Counted from the first letter of the stretch, positions 12,805 to 27,837 are shown. The stretch is DNA of 64,000 nt from Azolla caroliniana (GCA_043228905.1 JBHGNT010000141.1:3520-67519), one strand, 5' to 3'. Translations and numbers: made by a program. The notes: generated by a model from the letters alone, not told the origin.

Positions 12805-15800
12805 TTAACGCTTGGACTGAGAAGACAAAGCAAGACCAATCTTCTTCCGTGGTCCCTGCACATATCATATAAACAAAAACATTATATAAACTATCACAAT
12901 AACATCATTCATTGTCATATAACAGGGCCTCAATACAGTTTCGAAAAGCTCGCACATAGATCATTGAATTTGGTTGAATTTCAAATTTCACATGATGCCT
13001 TACTGGCCAAACACTCTTTTTCATGCAGTTCAGGTGCTCATGAAGGTCAACAACTCACTGTGAATTCTGTTTCAACACATCAAACAACAGGAAACCTATG
13101 TAAAGCTTTTTATTAACACTTGGGTTCATTTACCCTTTTGTCATTTCATTATTGGAAAACGTATTCCCTTCCCAGTGATCGTGTATCCAAGTGTTTTGAG
13201 TAGACATTTTAATCTATTGTGCAATATTCCATCTAGACACTAGCTTTAATTCAGGTATCTTCCACAAGATATCATTTGCATATGAGAATTTTGAACTTTT
13301 CAGCATCATTAGTTGAGCAGCAATATAAAAATAAACAGTCATAATATGCTTACATTGTATATGCATAGATTCAAATTAATAATAATAATATGAAGAAGAA
13401 TATACCATAGGAATGCCCAGCTCCTTTAGCTCGTCGTCTTTCATTAGTCGCAGGACTGACATATCAATCTGCAACCCAATGAAGCTTATAATGAATTACA
13501 ACTTTCAACCACCCATCTAAAACCAGTTTAAAAACATATGTCACTCATACAGGTTATATGATGCTGAGATTTGACATTACAACAAATATGAGAGTATAAG
13601 AAGAGCATAGCACAAAAATCCAATAAATTTTGTTAAAGAGGTCAATAATATAGCCATTTATTAGAGTGTTGTAAATTGCACCTCATCATGTGTTCAGTTG
13701 TATCCTTTCTTACTGTGTGGACCACACACACATATACATACAACAGATATAGCATGCATGCTATATATCCAAGAAGAATCAAGAAACAGACAATGGGAGT
13801 AATATACATCAGAAACAATTCCATTGATTGAAAAGGTTGCAGAAAGCATGATCGAAACAATTTCATTGATTGAGTTGGTTGCAAAAAGTATGATGATACC
13901 TCTTCTGCCTGGAATGTTATCAGATACTTGCTTAATCCAAGTGATTGCAAAAAGTTTGCGATTGTCATGGCTTCCCCCTGACCAAGACAAACAGACAGTG
14001 ATCAATGCAAAACAATAGTAATAATAATAGCCAAAAAGCAAAAGTGTATACATGAACAGAGCAAAACCCATTAATGCAGAATACATGATGAACAAATCGG
14101 CCACCTATGTGGCCGTTGCTTTCTTCATACAGGAAACAAATGTGTCCATTTAATCAACCAATCAACCCAAAACAAAATGCACGGACATGCTTTGCCATTT
14201 CCTATCCGGAACAGCCAAAGATTACGACCATCCAGCATAGTGGGCTCTCTCATACTGGAGAGGTCTGACAAGGAACGCATCAAGACAGATAGTCAAGCAC
14301 ATCCTTGACAATACACAGCCACCAATAGTAGCAGCTAACCAGCTCTAGAGTTTTCCTTTGTGCTTGAATGTCCAATAGTTCAACTATCTCGACAATAGCT
14401 CTAAATTGGTTTATAATACCAGGAACCTAGGGACAACATTGTTCCTTCTCTCGTGAGAAACCCTTCCTCCATGGAAAACTTTGGGCCAATAGTCTAACGG
14501 AAGAACTTATCTTGCTAGCATTCTACATGCGGCCATCCTAAATAAATGTGTCTGATTTCTGGGCTTCTCATATAGGATGTACGTCTCACTTTTGACTGTA
14601 TTGAAACTCATTTGATACACAAGTCTACACTGAGAATCAGACTCTACATTATCTTTCATTCAAAGATACTCAAATCTTCATTAGTGACTCCTGCATGAGT
14701 TGCACCCATCTAGCCTGGCACCCTTTTGTTTACAAGTTGAGTACAGAAGTATTTCATAGAGGCATGTTCTGTCTAGATTCTAAATCCGAAACTCTCACCC
14801 TCTCAAGACATATCACATGGCCTAAGTATTCAATGACCTTCTGACAGAAGAAGGTTTTCTTATCATTAAATCAAAAGGTATGGTTCTTTCAAATTCTTAA
14901 GACTATAGATAAATGATTAACATATTCATCTAAGGTTTTGTTGAAGACAAATATATCATCCACAGTGACCACAACAAATTCACCTACTGTAAGACAAAAC
15001 ACTTGATTCATGTACATTGTGAGTGTAGTCAGCACATCACATAGACCACCAAAAAAAAATTAAATGACCAAAACATGTTCAAAAAGTTGTCTGGGTATAT
15101 CTCATCAAAAATACATATTTGATGATGCCCAGTGCTGCTGAACAAAACACTTGATTCATCAACATTGTGAATGTAATCAGCACATTACATAGACGAACAC
15201 TAAAAATTTAAAATGACCAAAACAGATTCGAAAAGTTGTATTGGATATATCCTCTTCAAAAATACATATTTGATGATATCCATTGCAATAGGTCAAAACA
15301 CTTGATTCATCAACATTGTGAATGTAGATAACAATGGGCCCGGTTTCGGCTCAAACTGAACCGAACTGATAAACCATGGCTTAACGGTTTATAGGTTCAA
15401 AGATAAATAAACGGTTTGGTTTGGTTTCAAATGTTACTAATCGGTTTTGAATTTAGCGGTTTATCGGCTTATTGGCTATCGGTTTCTGTTTATATGGTTC
15501 AGTTTAAAGATTTAAAGGTTAATAGGTTAAAAAATAAACATAAATTTTTTCATATAGGCTCTAACTTTCAACTTTTAATTTTAAACTCTAGTTTTAACTT
15601 ATTAAATTTTATATGCATTATATGTAGAGTCTCCTTTTCATTTATGATGATCAAATATGATAAGTATGATAATCAAATTTATGATCAGTATGATAACAAA
15701 ATTTATGATCAGTATGATGACAAAATTTATGATAAGTATGATGACAAAATTTATGATGATTTTCTCACACAAATTTATAATAAGTATGATGATTAATATC

Positions 15801-18800
15801 AATAAAAAATGGTTTGGTTTGGTTTGGTTTTAATTTATGATAAACCGGTTTGGTTTGATTTTAAATTTTTCATAAACGGTTTGGTTTCTCCTATTCTTTA
15901 AACGGTTTGGTTTAATGGTTCGGTTTAAATGGTTTCATACATTTTTAACAGTTTGGTTCGGTTTTTATTATTAATAAATGGTTTGGTTTGGTTTCAAGGC
16001 CAAGAAACCGAACCGGGCCCATTGCTAAATGTAGACAGCACAATTGGAACTGAGACTACATTAGCTCAATCCTTTCTTTTTCCCTGCAGGTAATCTCCAG
16101 GTTGATATTGGCCTGAACAGTCAAAATATAGGCCTTCACACCTAGCATTGTCTTGCAGTTCTGGAATCAAACCAGATTTAGGCTTCTTACTAGAAAGATT
16201 TGAGATCTTACCATACACAAGTTTACAAGAAAATGACGTGTATAGGCTGCTTAGACTTCTCTCAACTAACAAAAACAATTCTAGCACTAACCATTGATTT
16301 ACCTATGTCAACGACTTGAGTAACATGTTTCCTACGGTCCTCATATATCAAGGTCATCTCCATAACCTGACTTGGTGTGGCACATTTCTCAGTTCTTAAG
16401 ATGTAAGGCAGATCATGTGCCTGGAAATAATCAAGTATCTCCTCAGGTATACTATGGAAAATCCCGCAATAATTATCTGCATACTCATACACAATAATTA
16501 TCTGCAATAATCATGGGACTTACTAAGGTCATCTGGTGAGATGAAGTTATTCATAACATTGATCTAAAATAGACCCCATCTCTTAGGCATTTGGCGATCT
16601 TTAACCAATTTCGTCCATCTATGTTCTATGCCTAGTAGGTTAAATGAAACAAGTTCTATGCGGTTTGATCATCTATGATCTCACATAATTGGAAGGTTGG
16701 TTCCCATTTTATGAGCCACTAATCAACTGCATTGGCATTCCAAACTGAAACACCGCGCAGTTAGGGTTTGTGGGCATACCAACTCCACTCCAACTGCCCA
16801 GGGATATGTATAACGATGCAAACAGATTGGTTGCTGGTTATTGTTCAAGCAGGCATTTCTCGAAGACATTGTCTTTGATTGACTATCTCATGAGGTCACT
16901 GACCCATTGATATGAACATCATTGGGGATATTCTCCGTCAAAGGGTCAGATCTAAGAGATTGGATAGAACCCAGTGACAAGGTTCAACTAATTTAGACCC
17001 TAGGAACTTCAATTATCACATAAAGACTGATGGGATGAATGTGATCAATGCAGTGATGTGCAACAGCTAGGACAGTGGTAATGACAATTTGATAGCCTTA
17101 CTCCGATACCAATCAACACAGTCCTCTAGTTGTGCCCTCTCCTTCTGTCTCTCTCTATGTATAGGCAAAGCACAAGTGGTGAAGAAGATGAATATGACGA
17201 AGGAAATGATTATGTGGATGAGCAACAACACTAACAGGGGTGTGGTGTATTCTCTAGATTTTTCTCCCAGCCTTTGGAAATGCCTTTATAGACTAACCCC
17301 CATTCACAATGTGCAACTCCTCACCAACGCAATGTGCTAGGTCCACACCTATGCCTAAGGATGTCTCGGAATGGTCCCACGACAATTAAGGTCATGACAC
17401 TACCCGTGCCTAAGAGTAGGTACAGGCTTGGGAAAAGATCCAGTCAACCAGGTTCCACTGACTCTCAAGATGTGCCATTAAAACTCCACAGTACAATAAT
17501 GCAAAAGAAACTCTCTTTACATAGTGCAAATGCAAACATGTCATGAATCATCATGAAACATATGACGATGTTCAAGCTCAGTCATGCCTCATTAACTCTG
17601 TCCATGCCCTAAATATGGGATAGGCTCATAAAAGGAGCTACTTCCAAGTTTTTTTGCTTGGGAACGCTCAAACATAACAAATGCATATATTGTGCTCAAA
17701 AAAGAGATTCTATTCAACGATAACACATTATGAGAAATTATGAAAACTGCTTCCAAGGACCAAGACGATATATTAGCTTAGTTTTTGAAAATGAAAAATC
17801 GTAACGAGAATTTACCATAGTTGATACTTTTGGCACAACTGGAGGTTTAGCAGCAGCTACTGAAGGCTTGGTCACAGGCACAGTGGTGATCTTTGGTGCT
17901 ACTGGCTTCATAACAGATGAAGTGCGTTGTTGTAGTTTGGTAACTACTTGTGGATGAGATTGAGGAGGTGGAGTTGGCCCAGAAAGCTTCTCCCTTAAGT
18001 CTTTAATTCCACTTGATGAGTTATTTCCAATTTGCGCATTTCTAGAGACAGTCTTTTTCAACTTTGTCCTTAAATCCTCACTGCCTCTTTGTTCATCTGA
18101 TCACAAGTTAAAGCTCACATTAGAATCACATAAAAAGACAATGTGTAGCAGACCAAATTTCAAATTTTACAAGAAATGAGGGTATAATGTACTTTTTACT
18201 GCTGGTCGAGGATCATCAATATCATCATACATGTCGTGCTGCCACTTCCCATCATAACCTTGCAACCTGGTAAAATACAGAAGGTATGTGAAACAATACG
18301 CATTTTAAGACTTCAATACTCGGTGGCTCACAAATTTAGTTTGTTTATACAAATATATACTGCATTTGTTTGCTACGCAAATATATATTAGCATAAGTAT
18401 AATATAGATATGTATGTAAATATACACACATATATATACATACATGCACATGTATAAGTGTGTGGAACTGCTGGTTTTTTCGGACATTAGATCCATTATT
18501 TCGAAATGTAAGTATAGACAAATTCTTGGCTGTTGTCCTTTAGATGTCACATGTCATGTAAGTATAGACAAATTCTCGCCTATTGTCCTTTAAGATTTAC
18601 CATGGATAAGTCATGAAATGTCACATGTCATGTAGGCATATGTGAATTTTACAATCATGCAGTGAATTTTCTACAAAATTCACAGGTAGATATCATCCAT
18701 GATTACAGACCCACATATATACAATAAAGAAGAAACAGGATAGATGCTATAACCATTATCATAATGATCTATGATGAGTCATCAGGAATGAAGAGGAGTC

Positions 18801-20291
18801 CTCGATACCAGAACCATAGGGTGGGGCTCATATAAACCATTTTTTGTGTGCCTACTAGTTAATTAATCACCATCAAGGTGACTAAGCACAAACAACAAAT
18901 ATGTGGCTGGTTGGTAATCAGCTAAAGCTTAATTGTTGCACTCCAAAACCAAATTTATCAAATTCAATATTCATGCATTACTTGGTTCTATCTCCTGATT
19001 ATGTATTTAATAGAATGGAGCTAAATGTCATAGAGGAGGCACATGATAAATTAATAAGAATTTAGAGAAAGGAAAACTTACAGAATGATGACAACAGAGT
19101 AAGAAAGCAAGAGGATGACAATGAGATGAGTAGATATTGCCAATTAGAGGTTTCAGATTTTTACATGTAAAATAGGTTTCACTCATTCAGGCTTTCCAGC
19201 TTGAGTCTTTTCCTTTTTTGGCTTTAAATTTGGCATCAATAGCATGGAATTTTCAAATATAAAACTTCAAAGATTATTGAAAACCTTGCATCAAATTTAG
19301 AAAAAGTGCATACGGAAACTAAAAATAAAGAATTGTTCGGATAAATTTCAGTGAGATTACGAGTATGTCCGCAAGGTTTTAAATCATTTTCAGGTTTCCC
19401 ATTTCAAATTTTAACAATGTTTCCCATCATTAGTAATCAATGAGTAAAACTTTTCTGTGGCCTTTTGCATAAGTTATGATGAACCAAACATCAAGAGAAA
19501 GAGAATTTGGGAAACATTGAGATGAATAACAGTCTTAATTTCACGGGAACAATCCAAACTGTTCCTGAATGTTCAAGGCTTAGCTATATCAATATATGTG
19601 GCCCATGACTTGGAAGTTTGCATGTATAATTCCAAAAAAATATCCAACTTTGAGCAACATCACTAGCAAAAGTCTTTGAAACCCCTAAGTGATAACATCA
19701 TCCTTGGTGGCATCCGCAAGTTACATATTTTAAGCTTCCGAATTGTCGTTTGTGTATTAAATACTATAATGCATCTCAACACCATAGACAAGAAAGGCAA
19801 ACACATAACACACTTAAGATTCACTCACGTGTTAGTTCAGCATGAGCGCTTCAATATGCCATTGAAATTTATGATAAAGTCACAAAGTTTTCTAGTTGGA
19901 CATTTATCGGTGTGTTACAGAAGACAAATGAATATACTTTATGCATATACATACATACATACATACATACATACAAACATAGGAGCGTGCTCAGCTATGC
20001 GTGTATGTGTAAATGTGACTGTATTCATGTAGATATGTAATATATGGGTGTATGTGTATATGTATTGTATGAATTCTAGGTATGTATGCATCTGTTTCTG
20101 TCGGTATGTCCACATGTACGTCTTTTATGTATGTAAGGTACGTATGTTTGTATTTAAAAGGTCTACGCTTACCGCTTTGAATAGGATTGTCTGGAGGATT
20201 CCTCTCCGTTTTGAACAGTCGTACCAAGCCTATCCTTGATAGATCTCTTCCTACTTCCTGCTGAGCTTGAAGCAATGCGATCGGAATACAT
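12805..20291 (-). CDS. SAM (sterile alpha motif) domain protein, 221 aa, 6 coding exons (20291-20173, 18266-18193, 18096-17816, 13977-13900, 13468-13406, 12855-12805)
   Basis: N-terminus MYSDR...KRSIKDRLG, GKWQHDMY and DLR.KL motifs. C-terminal SAM domain TIANFLQSLGLSKYLITFQAEE-IDMSVLRLMKDDELKELGIPM-GPRKKI. All introns are GT-AG and phases are consistent (666 nt). Confidence 0.93.
14100..15328 (-). mobile_element. Degenerate Ty3/Gypsy pol relic in SAM-gene intron 3; RT motif region tandemly triplicated (~150-bp period)
   Basis: Minus strand reads GGLCDVLTTLTMYMNQVF and EFVVVTVDDIFVFNKTLDEYVNHL (compare PFGL.NAPATF..MN.VF and V.VYLDDIL). AAAACACTTGATTCAT repeats at ~14996, ~15146 and ~15295. 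Left boundary approximate. Confidence 0.7.
15329..16027. mobile_element. Non-autonomous hAT element, 699 bp
   Basis: TIRs TAACAATGGGCCCGGTT / AACCGGGCCCATTGCTA. Exact 8-bp TSD AATGTAGA at 15321-15328 and 16028-16035. Many subterminal AAACGG/GGTTT motifs and an internal 21-bp tandem repeat (~15650-15790). Confidence 0.92.
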
Positions 20292-20870
20292 CTCACCTGC
20301 ACATCTAAGCAAAGCTCAGAAAACTTCGTTCACAAATGATCATTAAAATAAAAGCAAACTAAATTTTTGAAATGATCACTGTCAAGACAAAAGGGGAGAA
20401 CTCGGGCTTACACCGTAGAAAAGAAACAGGGAAGAAGAGGAAACGCTGTCCGAAGAATGAGCTAAAGGAGAATGTGAGGTTTTGGCGGGAAACCGGGGGA
20501 TTAGGGTTGCCCTTTCTCGTTTGTTTTCTTGGGGGAGTTTTACTGAGAAAGAAAGCGTGCAGAAACCCTCTGTGGGGGAGCCATAGCCAACATGAGATGA
20601 GCAGAAGGCCGAATTTTCTTGTCAGAAGGATGTGCTTCGGTTGTGAGAGAGAATAGATTGCCTGCCTTTTCTTTTTCTTTTGTTCTTTCTGGTCTTTCTG
20701 CTGCTCCTTCTCCTTCTTCTTCTTTCTTTCTTTCTTCTTCGTCTTGAGAGCGAAAGGGGGAAACAGAACCCAACCCTGACCCTGGTTAACTTTTTAACCG
20801 GAGTTTGTTTTTAACCCATGTCAAACCTAAAAAGCTTCTTCGGCTCTAACATCTTTTTCTTCGTGATTTT

Positions 20871-22040
20871 TTGGACACCACAAACCCCTCTCCTCCTCTT
20901 ATGAAGGAAATGTACATTTTCTATAAAGTGTCGCGGCTTAGTGGTACTATTTCCTCAGTACAAGCTCGCAAAGAGCTGCGCAAGATGACACGCCGTAAAA
21001 GACGAGCTTGTGAAGCATCTCAATATTGGGAACTCTACCATGTGCTCATGAGCAAGGATTGCGCCTTTGCATGGAAGAGACTACGAGAACTGAGACCACA
21101 AACACCCGTTGACGATCCCAACACTTGGCACACATATATAGAGAAACTCTACCACGTCCCGAACCAACCACCCATTCCAATGCCTTCCACACCTCGACCT
21201 ACCACAAGGACACTTTTCACGACCTCTAAGGTCACAAAGATCATAAAAAAATTACAACATATGAAGTTCATGGACCACGCAGGATTGCGAGCCGAACACA
21301 TCATATATGCTTGAGAATGCCTAACTCCTTTTCTCACTCAAATCTTCAACTGCGCCCTCGCTGAGGGTTTTCCACCACAATGGACCCTATACATAAAGGA
21401 AGGGGTCCAATGGACCCAAATACATATAAGACCATTATGATAGGTCATACGCTCGCTAAATTATATGGTGCAATAATGGAACAAAGCTCATCGATTATAT
21501 GGAAACCTTAAGTCTTCGAGCACCTGAGCAGGTTGGCTTTAGATGAGTCTTCTCCACTATTGACCATATCTTCACACTTAGATGCTTATTTGACCAGATG
21601 AAGGCTCACAACAAGAAACTATATTGTTGCTTTGTGGACTTCCGCAAAGCCTTTGTCACAGTTCGTAGGGAGTGTTTGTTTGATAGGCTTAAAAGCTTGG
21701 AGATACCAAATGACATGATCTGGGCCATCTATGCTCTATATGAGCAAGTTTCTAGGTGCGTAAGATGCCCAGGTGGCCTATCTGATTGCTTCACTAGCAT
21801 CATTGGTGTAAAACAAGGTTGTCGCCTATCATTAACTCTTTTTGGGATCTACATTGACGAGTTCACTAATTTTATTGCTCCTAAGAGAGGCAACGGAGTA
21901 ACCATTAGGGGTACACAAGTTAGTCTCTTGCTCTACGCAAACAACATACTTTTGCTCTCGGAGTCTGAACACGACCTACAAAATCACCATAATGCCCTAG
22001 ATGACTTTTGCACACAATGAGGAGTGGCAATGAATCTAGG
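20871..22040 (+). mobile_element. Degenerate non-LTR retrotransposon reverse-transcriptase fragment
   Basis: STIDHIFTLR, LYCCFVDFRKAF, IGVKQGCRLSLTLF and LLYANN (YADD equivalent), interrupted by stops and frameshifts. Confidence 0.88.
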
Positions 22041-22147
22041 GGTGTCATGATGTTGCGTGTCCAATGGGAGAAATTGTGAAATAGTGCAGTTCCACGCGCA
22101 TTACACAAACAATTATAAATTTCTAGTGTGCATATAGAGGGGTGCAA

Positions 22148-22210
22148 GCAAGATTTGAACCTTGCACCTCCAAGATAAAAGACATTTATCTTACCACTAG
22201 GGCTACTACC
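22148..22210 (-). mobile_element. tRNA-derived SINE-like head
   Basis: Minus strand has A-box-like TAGCCCTAGTGGTAAG and B-box-like GGTTCAAATC at tRNA-like spacing. No intact cloverleaf. Confidence 0.5.
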
Positions 22211-25200
22211 AAGTACTTAAAATGTCATGTATTTCTTTTCATATTCAAAAGGCATAGGAAACACCCGTGTGCACAAAACCATGGTTTTGTGCATGTTAGA
22301 AGCATGGATAGACCTATAAAAACCCTTGTAAGGCTTGTGCAAGGGGGGCTCAATATGTGATATCATCATCATCACCATCAATATAATATTCTTCTTGTTT
22401 ATCTTCTTTGTGAGTGTGCAAATTTCCGATCTTCTCAAATGTAACATTGTTTCCTCAAATCTTACATTCACATCGTCCTCTTCTCAATAACTTGATGGAC
22501 ATCCTCCTTGGTCCAAGACCCAGATGGTCCCGTTCAAGCGAAGCACGCACGCACACGCATCTTCACGAAATCTTTTGGTTTATGAGGATAAAATGAATTG
22601 TCTAAGAACCGAATCTTGCGTGACCTTCATAGGCATAGGAAATCAACCCTTATATTACCAAAGGGGATGCGATGGCAAACACATCTCACTATGACTTCTT
22701 CGATAGACTCACGTCGCCATTGATAATTTACTGAGGAGTCACCATAGAGTGACCAGAGGAATGCTGAAACCACAAATAAAGGCATATAAGCTACATAAGC
22801 CTCACCAGCATCAGAACCATGGAGATCATTGCTTTCCATGTCTCATCTGCCCAAGAACCTATAGATGCTCTCATCGAACTTCATCATAGCCTCGCTCCAC
22901 CACACCAACCAATATAGGATGCATGTCCCCTCACAACCACACATCCCATGCATATTATTTAAGCACTTTATGTTTGTAAACCGTGCCAAGAATCATTTCA
23001 TTGCATGCACTAAGACCATCAGCATGAACATTTAGGAAACTTAGGGCATTTATTTTTGTTTCATTGTGGATATCTTGAATTCACCCATATTTGTATCATG
23101 ATTAATCTCACAAGATTGTAGATAGATAGATAGATAGATAGATATAGATGGAAGGTGGATGGTGGATCAATGGATCGATGCCTAGAAAGCGATGGTTTCC
23201 GTGTCCCTACCCATGCCTCTACCTAGGGAGATGCTTTCTCCTCAGAGAGAAGTATTCGATCGCATGATCAATAACGTTTTGATATTAAAATCTTTTTAGA
23301 GAGAGAACTATGTGAGTGGAATCGTTCAATCATGCCTCATAAATGGAGAAGTGACATCCGTGAAAATACGTAGGTAATAACACCTACAAATATCCATTGG
23401 TAAATAGAAATGACATTGGTGGGAATGTAGGCGATACATCTCCTGCCTGGGTCTCCACGATGGGTAGAGCCGTCACCAACAAATTGGTAATTGACTTCGT
23501 TCCATTTTGCATCTCCCTTTTGCTGACGAAACCGCCGACCCTCTAAATTTTTGTCGCAGTCATTCTACCTAGTCTTTTGTTGATTATTTGAAGTATTTCC
23601 TTCCCTATCAGAATTGGGGTTCAAATAGAAGTCAAAGAGTAAACTAAATTAATGATAAGAAATACTAATATACACAAGAGATTCGTTAGACAAATATACA
23701 AAAAAACACATGGATAAGTTTGGGGAATTACCAAACAAAAAAGTAGTTGCCATAAAAAGATCTAGTATTTAGCATTACCGCCCTTCTCAAGCAACAAAAA
23801 TTAGACCCTTTTCACTAGGAATCGCAATACATTGGGCTATCTGTTCCTTGAGAGGCTTAGCAAGTAGATATGTTATGTAACTGGGACTTGCTTTGGGAAC
23901 CATACACGAGTTACTGGGCATGCTAATTTTATATCCCATTTGGTATCTTCGATTCTGGAAGGTTTGGTGTGTCCAACGAAGGTTCATCCCATGGAACAAA
24001 CATGAAGAAAGGTTATGGTTTGTCACAATCCCACAACCATCGGCTCACAACTTGGTTTGTTTCACTACTCGTGACTCGCTAGTGAAAAACCAACACTACT
24101 CAATGGATGGATGGATAGATAATAGATGTATGTATGTATTTTCTCTTTAGCTTTGGATAAGTTTTGGCGACTTAAAAATGCACTTTAGATTCAGGATTTC
24201 AATTTGATTACGGGTTCAATTGGACCATTCTCAAATATTAAGAATTACAGATAACCAACAATCCATGGTAGCCTGTAAATTCAATGATTAACTATACAAC
24301 AAGGTAGGCAAATTGGTAAAATTCTTCACATCAAAAAGAATTTTGTATTCTAGTTTGACCATGCAAGCACTGGCAAAAATTGACACCTGCTACTGGTGGG
24401 TAGAAATTATACTCAGAGTTTGATGACGACCGTGCTATTCATCGATAGGATTTTGTTCCTTAAAATGGTGTCTTTTGTTCAGGAACTCAAGATTGGCAAT
24501 TGTCACAAGGTTCTGATGTTGCACATGTAATCGACAAAGAGTCATGAGGGGGCTGTTGTTCATGTCTCATCAGAATTTCTTGAAGATGTGGCGTCCAGTG
24601 CATGATATGATCGACATTATCAGTCACCCCAACCATATGTGGAAATTGAATTGTAGTCAAAGTCTTCATATAATATTTTTTCCTAATTATTTTTAAGCCG
24701 CCACATAAAATTTTATAGAAGGCTGATACTCCTTTTTCCATGAGGCTGATGAATCATGCATAAAATATAGGATGATGATTTGTTTTTTTTTTCACATGGG
24801 CAGTGCCACTTTTCACCTAAAATTCTAAAATTGATTAGAACTTGAAAACAGATGAGAAAATGTTTTGAAAACAAATTTTAGAAATTGAACAAAAATCTTT
24901 ATTCTAAGGCACTTGAAGGACTTGACCTCAACACATCATTGTACTGAATTATGTACTTCAGCCATTTCTCTAGGAGCATTGTGCCTTCTTCAAACCCTTA
25001 TGTGTACATCTTTTGTTTTGGCTATTACTTGTCTATTTGTTTATATTTTTCTGTTTCTCATGTGTCATTGTATGGAGTTTGAAAATTGACAATAGAGAAA
25101 GAATGTTGGATGCTATTGAGTGTGCTATAAGGTAAATTATGAGACTGTGAATTGGATTAATCTCTTAGATATATCAGATAAAAAAGATCGAAAGCACATA

Positions 25201-25299
25201 CATATGCTCCCGTACACATTTTTTTAGCAATTGTATGATGGGCACCAAGATGTCCATATTGTGCACAAAACCCATGATTAGAAACACACATATATACAC

Positions 25300-26700
25300 A
25301 TATGCAAACAAGGTTTGGAAATGTGTTTTTGTAGAGTCAAGCTGAAGCCAAGGTATGAAATTCAGTTGGATTTGGAAGAGCTGGGAGTGCATCATAGTGA
25401 CCATTAGTATTTACTAGTAGCAATAAGGTGAGACTTACTATTGAGTGAAGCAACTTATCCATCTTGGTATTAAGGAATAAAGTTGCTCTTATCAACCTTT
25501 GGTCGTTACTACAAACCTTCATAGTAAGTTCATCTCATATGAAGAAATCCATCAGTATGGAGAAGTAATCATTCAAGATTCACTTAAAAGGATTTCAGTT
25601 TCTCTCAGTGGATGTGGACTATAGATAATAGATATTGTAGCTTGGTTAACTATAATCAAGCTTGAGATTGTTAGATCAAGTTATGGTTTGTCTCATATTC
25701 TTAGGATAAAGTCACTAACTTATTTCTCTATTGGATAATCACAACCCCTCAACCTCGAACCTCCCTATCTCTCTTCATGAACTCTTGTATTACTGCACGA
25801 TTTCTGTGGATTATTTACATCAGGAACTCTTGTATCAAAATATCGGGCTTAATCGTCATGCCTTAGTTGCATGATACATGAAGTATTGAATAATAAGAAG
25901 TGATGAAAGATAGAGTAGACATTCAATACTGTTCAATATGTAAGTTTCGTTTTTCAAATGCATGATTGAAGATGGTGCCCCATAACAAACCCATTAATGC
26001 ATTTACTTGAAAATAAATGCTCAATATTGATGATAATCACATAAATATTGGTGAATTTTTTGTGATTAACATCAATATTTTGAGTAGTATGTTAAGGATT
26101 ATATTGTAGTGTAGATCAAAATGTGCAATAACCTCTCTTGTATGATTGATAAAGTTGTCTGCTTTTTCTCAGTTTAATCGTGCGAAAAATGAATGTTTAA
26201 CAAACATCTCAAACAATGTCTCATTATATTATGAAATTTAAATGTCTTTCAAATATGAGGAATGAGAACAAGCTTAAGCTTGAATTGGGTTATTTCTACA
26301 TGAGCCCAAAACAACCTTTTTCTTGCAAATTTAGTGATGATGTTACTAAAATTCCCTTGGCTAAATCTTGGGATGTTATATCCGTGTACTAGTGATGAAC
26401 CTTTGTTTCCTTGTTTTTCATGTGATAAAATCATCTTCTACCTCTTCTTCCAAACATTGTAAAAAGGTGGTTGCATGTCATGAAAATGCTCTCTTCTTAC
26501 TTTAGGTGTTTGCGAGCTCATTCTCTCATACGAAACTCTACATCCAAACATTATGAAAAGGTGGTGTAAGTTATGAAATGTTTGGTTGATTGTTTTGTGC
26601 ATTACCAAGGGTGAAAGAAATTGTAGAGGTTTATGACTTTCGCCCTTGGCAACAATGATTTCATATATCCTTATATAGAAGCTCACATACCAACTTACAA
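25300..26700 (-). mobile_element. Possible highly degenerate Ty1/Copia relic
   Basis: Weak remnants on the minus strand: HL..MFGCRV (integrase C-terminus-like) and NTKMDKLLHSI (RT-like). Boundaries approximate. Confidence 0.3.
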
Positions 26701-27832
26701 ATGAGCTTCTTGTTTAGTCTCAAATAACAAGTACATATGATTTCAAAAATCCTTGTAGAGGCTTACATTGCAAAGGAGCATGTTGTTTAGTTTCTCAGAA
26801 GAAGTAGATAACTCCATAAATATTGTTTTCATTGCATTTTTGGATCATAGATGGACAATTGTAACCCGCATAGAGTGCATTTCCCAATTTGTACCATCCA
26901 TGTGATTGCACTAAAAGGAACTTAGTCAACGACCAATTGAGGAATTAGGCCATTATGGAATGGTGACAAAAAGGGCATATCATAATCATGGGTTTTACTA
27001 ATTAAACAAACTTGAATGCATGAGAGGCAATTTAGCTTAACTTCCAATATTTCAAAGTAAGTTTAAACCCGTACATGTTATTGTGGGTTTCTTTGGCATT
27101 CCTTTAATTTGAAGGTAAATGTTCATGTTATGTTTTTCCTTCTCTTAACAAAATAAAGGCAGTAAATATGTAGGCAAAATCTAGTAAGAAATACGTTCTA
27201 CTTGGCCCAAAAGTACGTAATGGATTGAGTGTGAAAAAAGACCTCGGTAGGAACACATCACGTCTTACAACTTTGATGCAACAAAATTTATCTTCTCAAG
27301 ATCAATTCTCCACAAGGAGTAAAGAAGTGGGCGAAGAGAGTAGTTCCTACTCATTAATAATGTAGGTACGCAAGCATTGATGAGCTTTTGATCTACCCAA
27401 CTCATGGGTATGAAAAAAGAACGACAACCAGAGAATCCACGCCACGTGTATGTGAATGGTGGAGGCAAGATAGCAAAGACGATTTTTGTTTCTTTTTTTG
27501 CGATCCATCGGGGTATACAGGAAAAGAACGACAATACGACCATTCGTTCCGACGATAGTTGCCCCCTAGACGAGCAAACCAGGTCATGTCAAAGCAGGAC
27601 GACCGTGTTATCCTGCTTTTTCTTTCTTTCCCGTCTTTCTCTTTTTATTTTTTTGGTTTCTCTGGTTGATCGTGCTGTGAAGGAAAACTAATGGGGGGGA
27701 GCAAAGTGTGGTCGTGGAGCTGGAGATAGCTTTTGCCAGGGATTGGTGTATAAATCCTTTGTTAATGAAACATCCTCTCTAGAGAATTACCATTCTTATA
27801 GGTTAGGTGTCTCTTTTTCTCACTCTCTCACT

Positions 27833-27837
<5 letters not shown>

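Noticed and set aside
15416-15796. 126-aa ORF with KIYDQYD repeats
   Set aside because: Artefact of a 21-bp minisatellite inside a non-autonomous hAT element.
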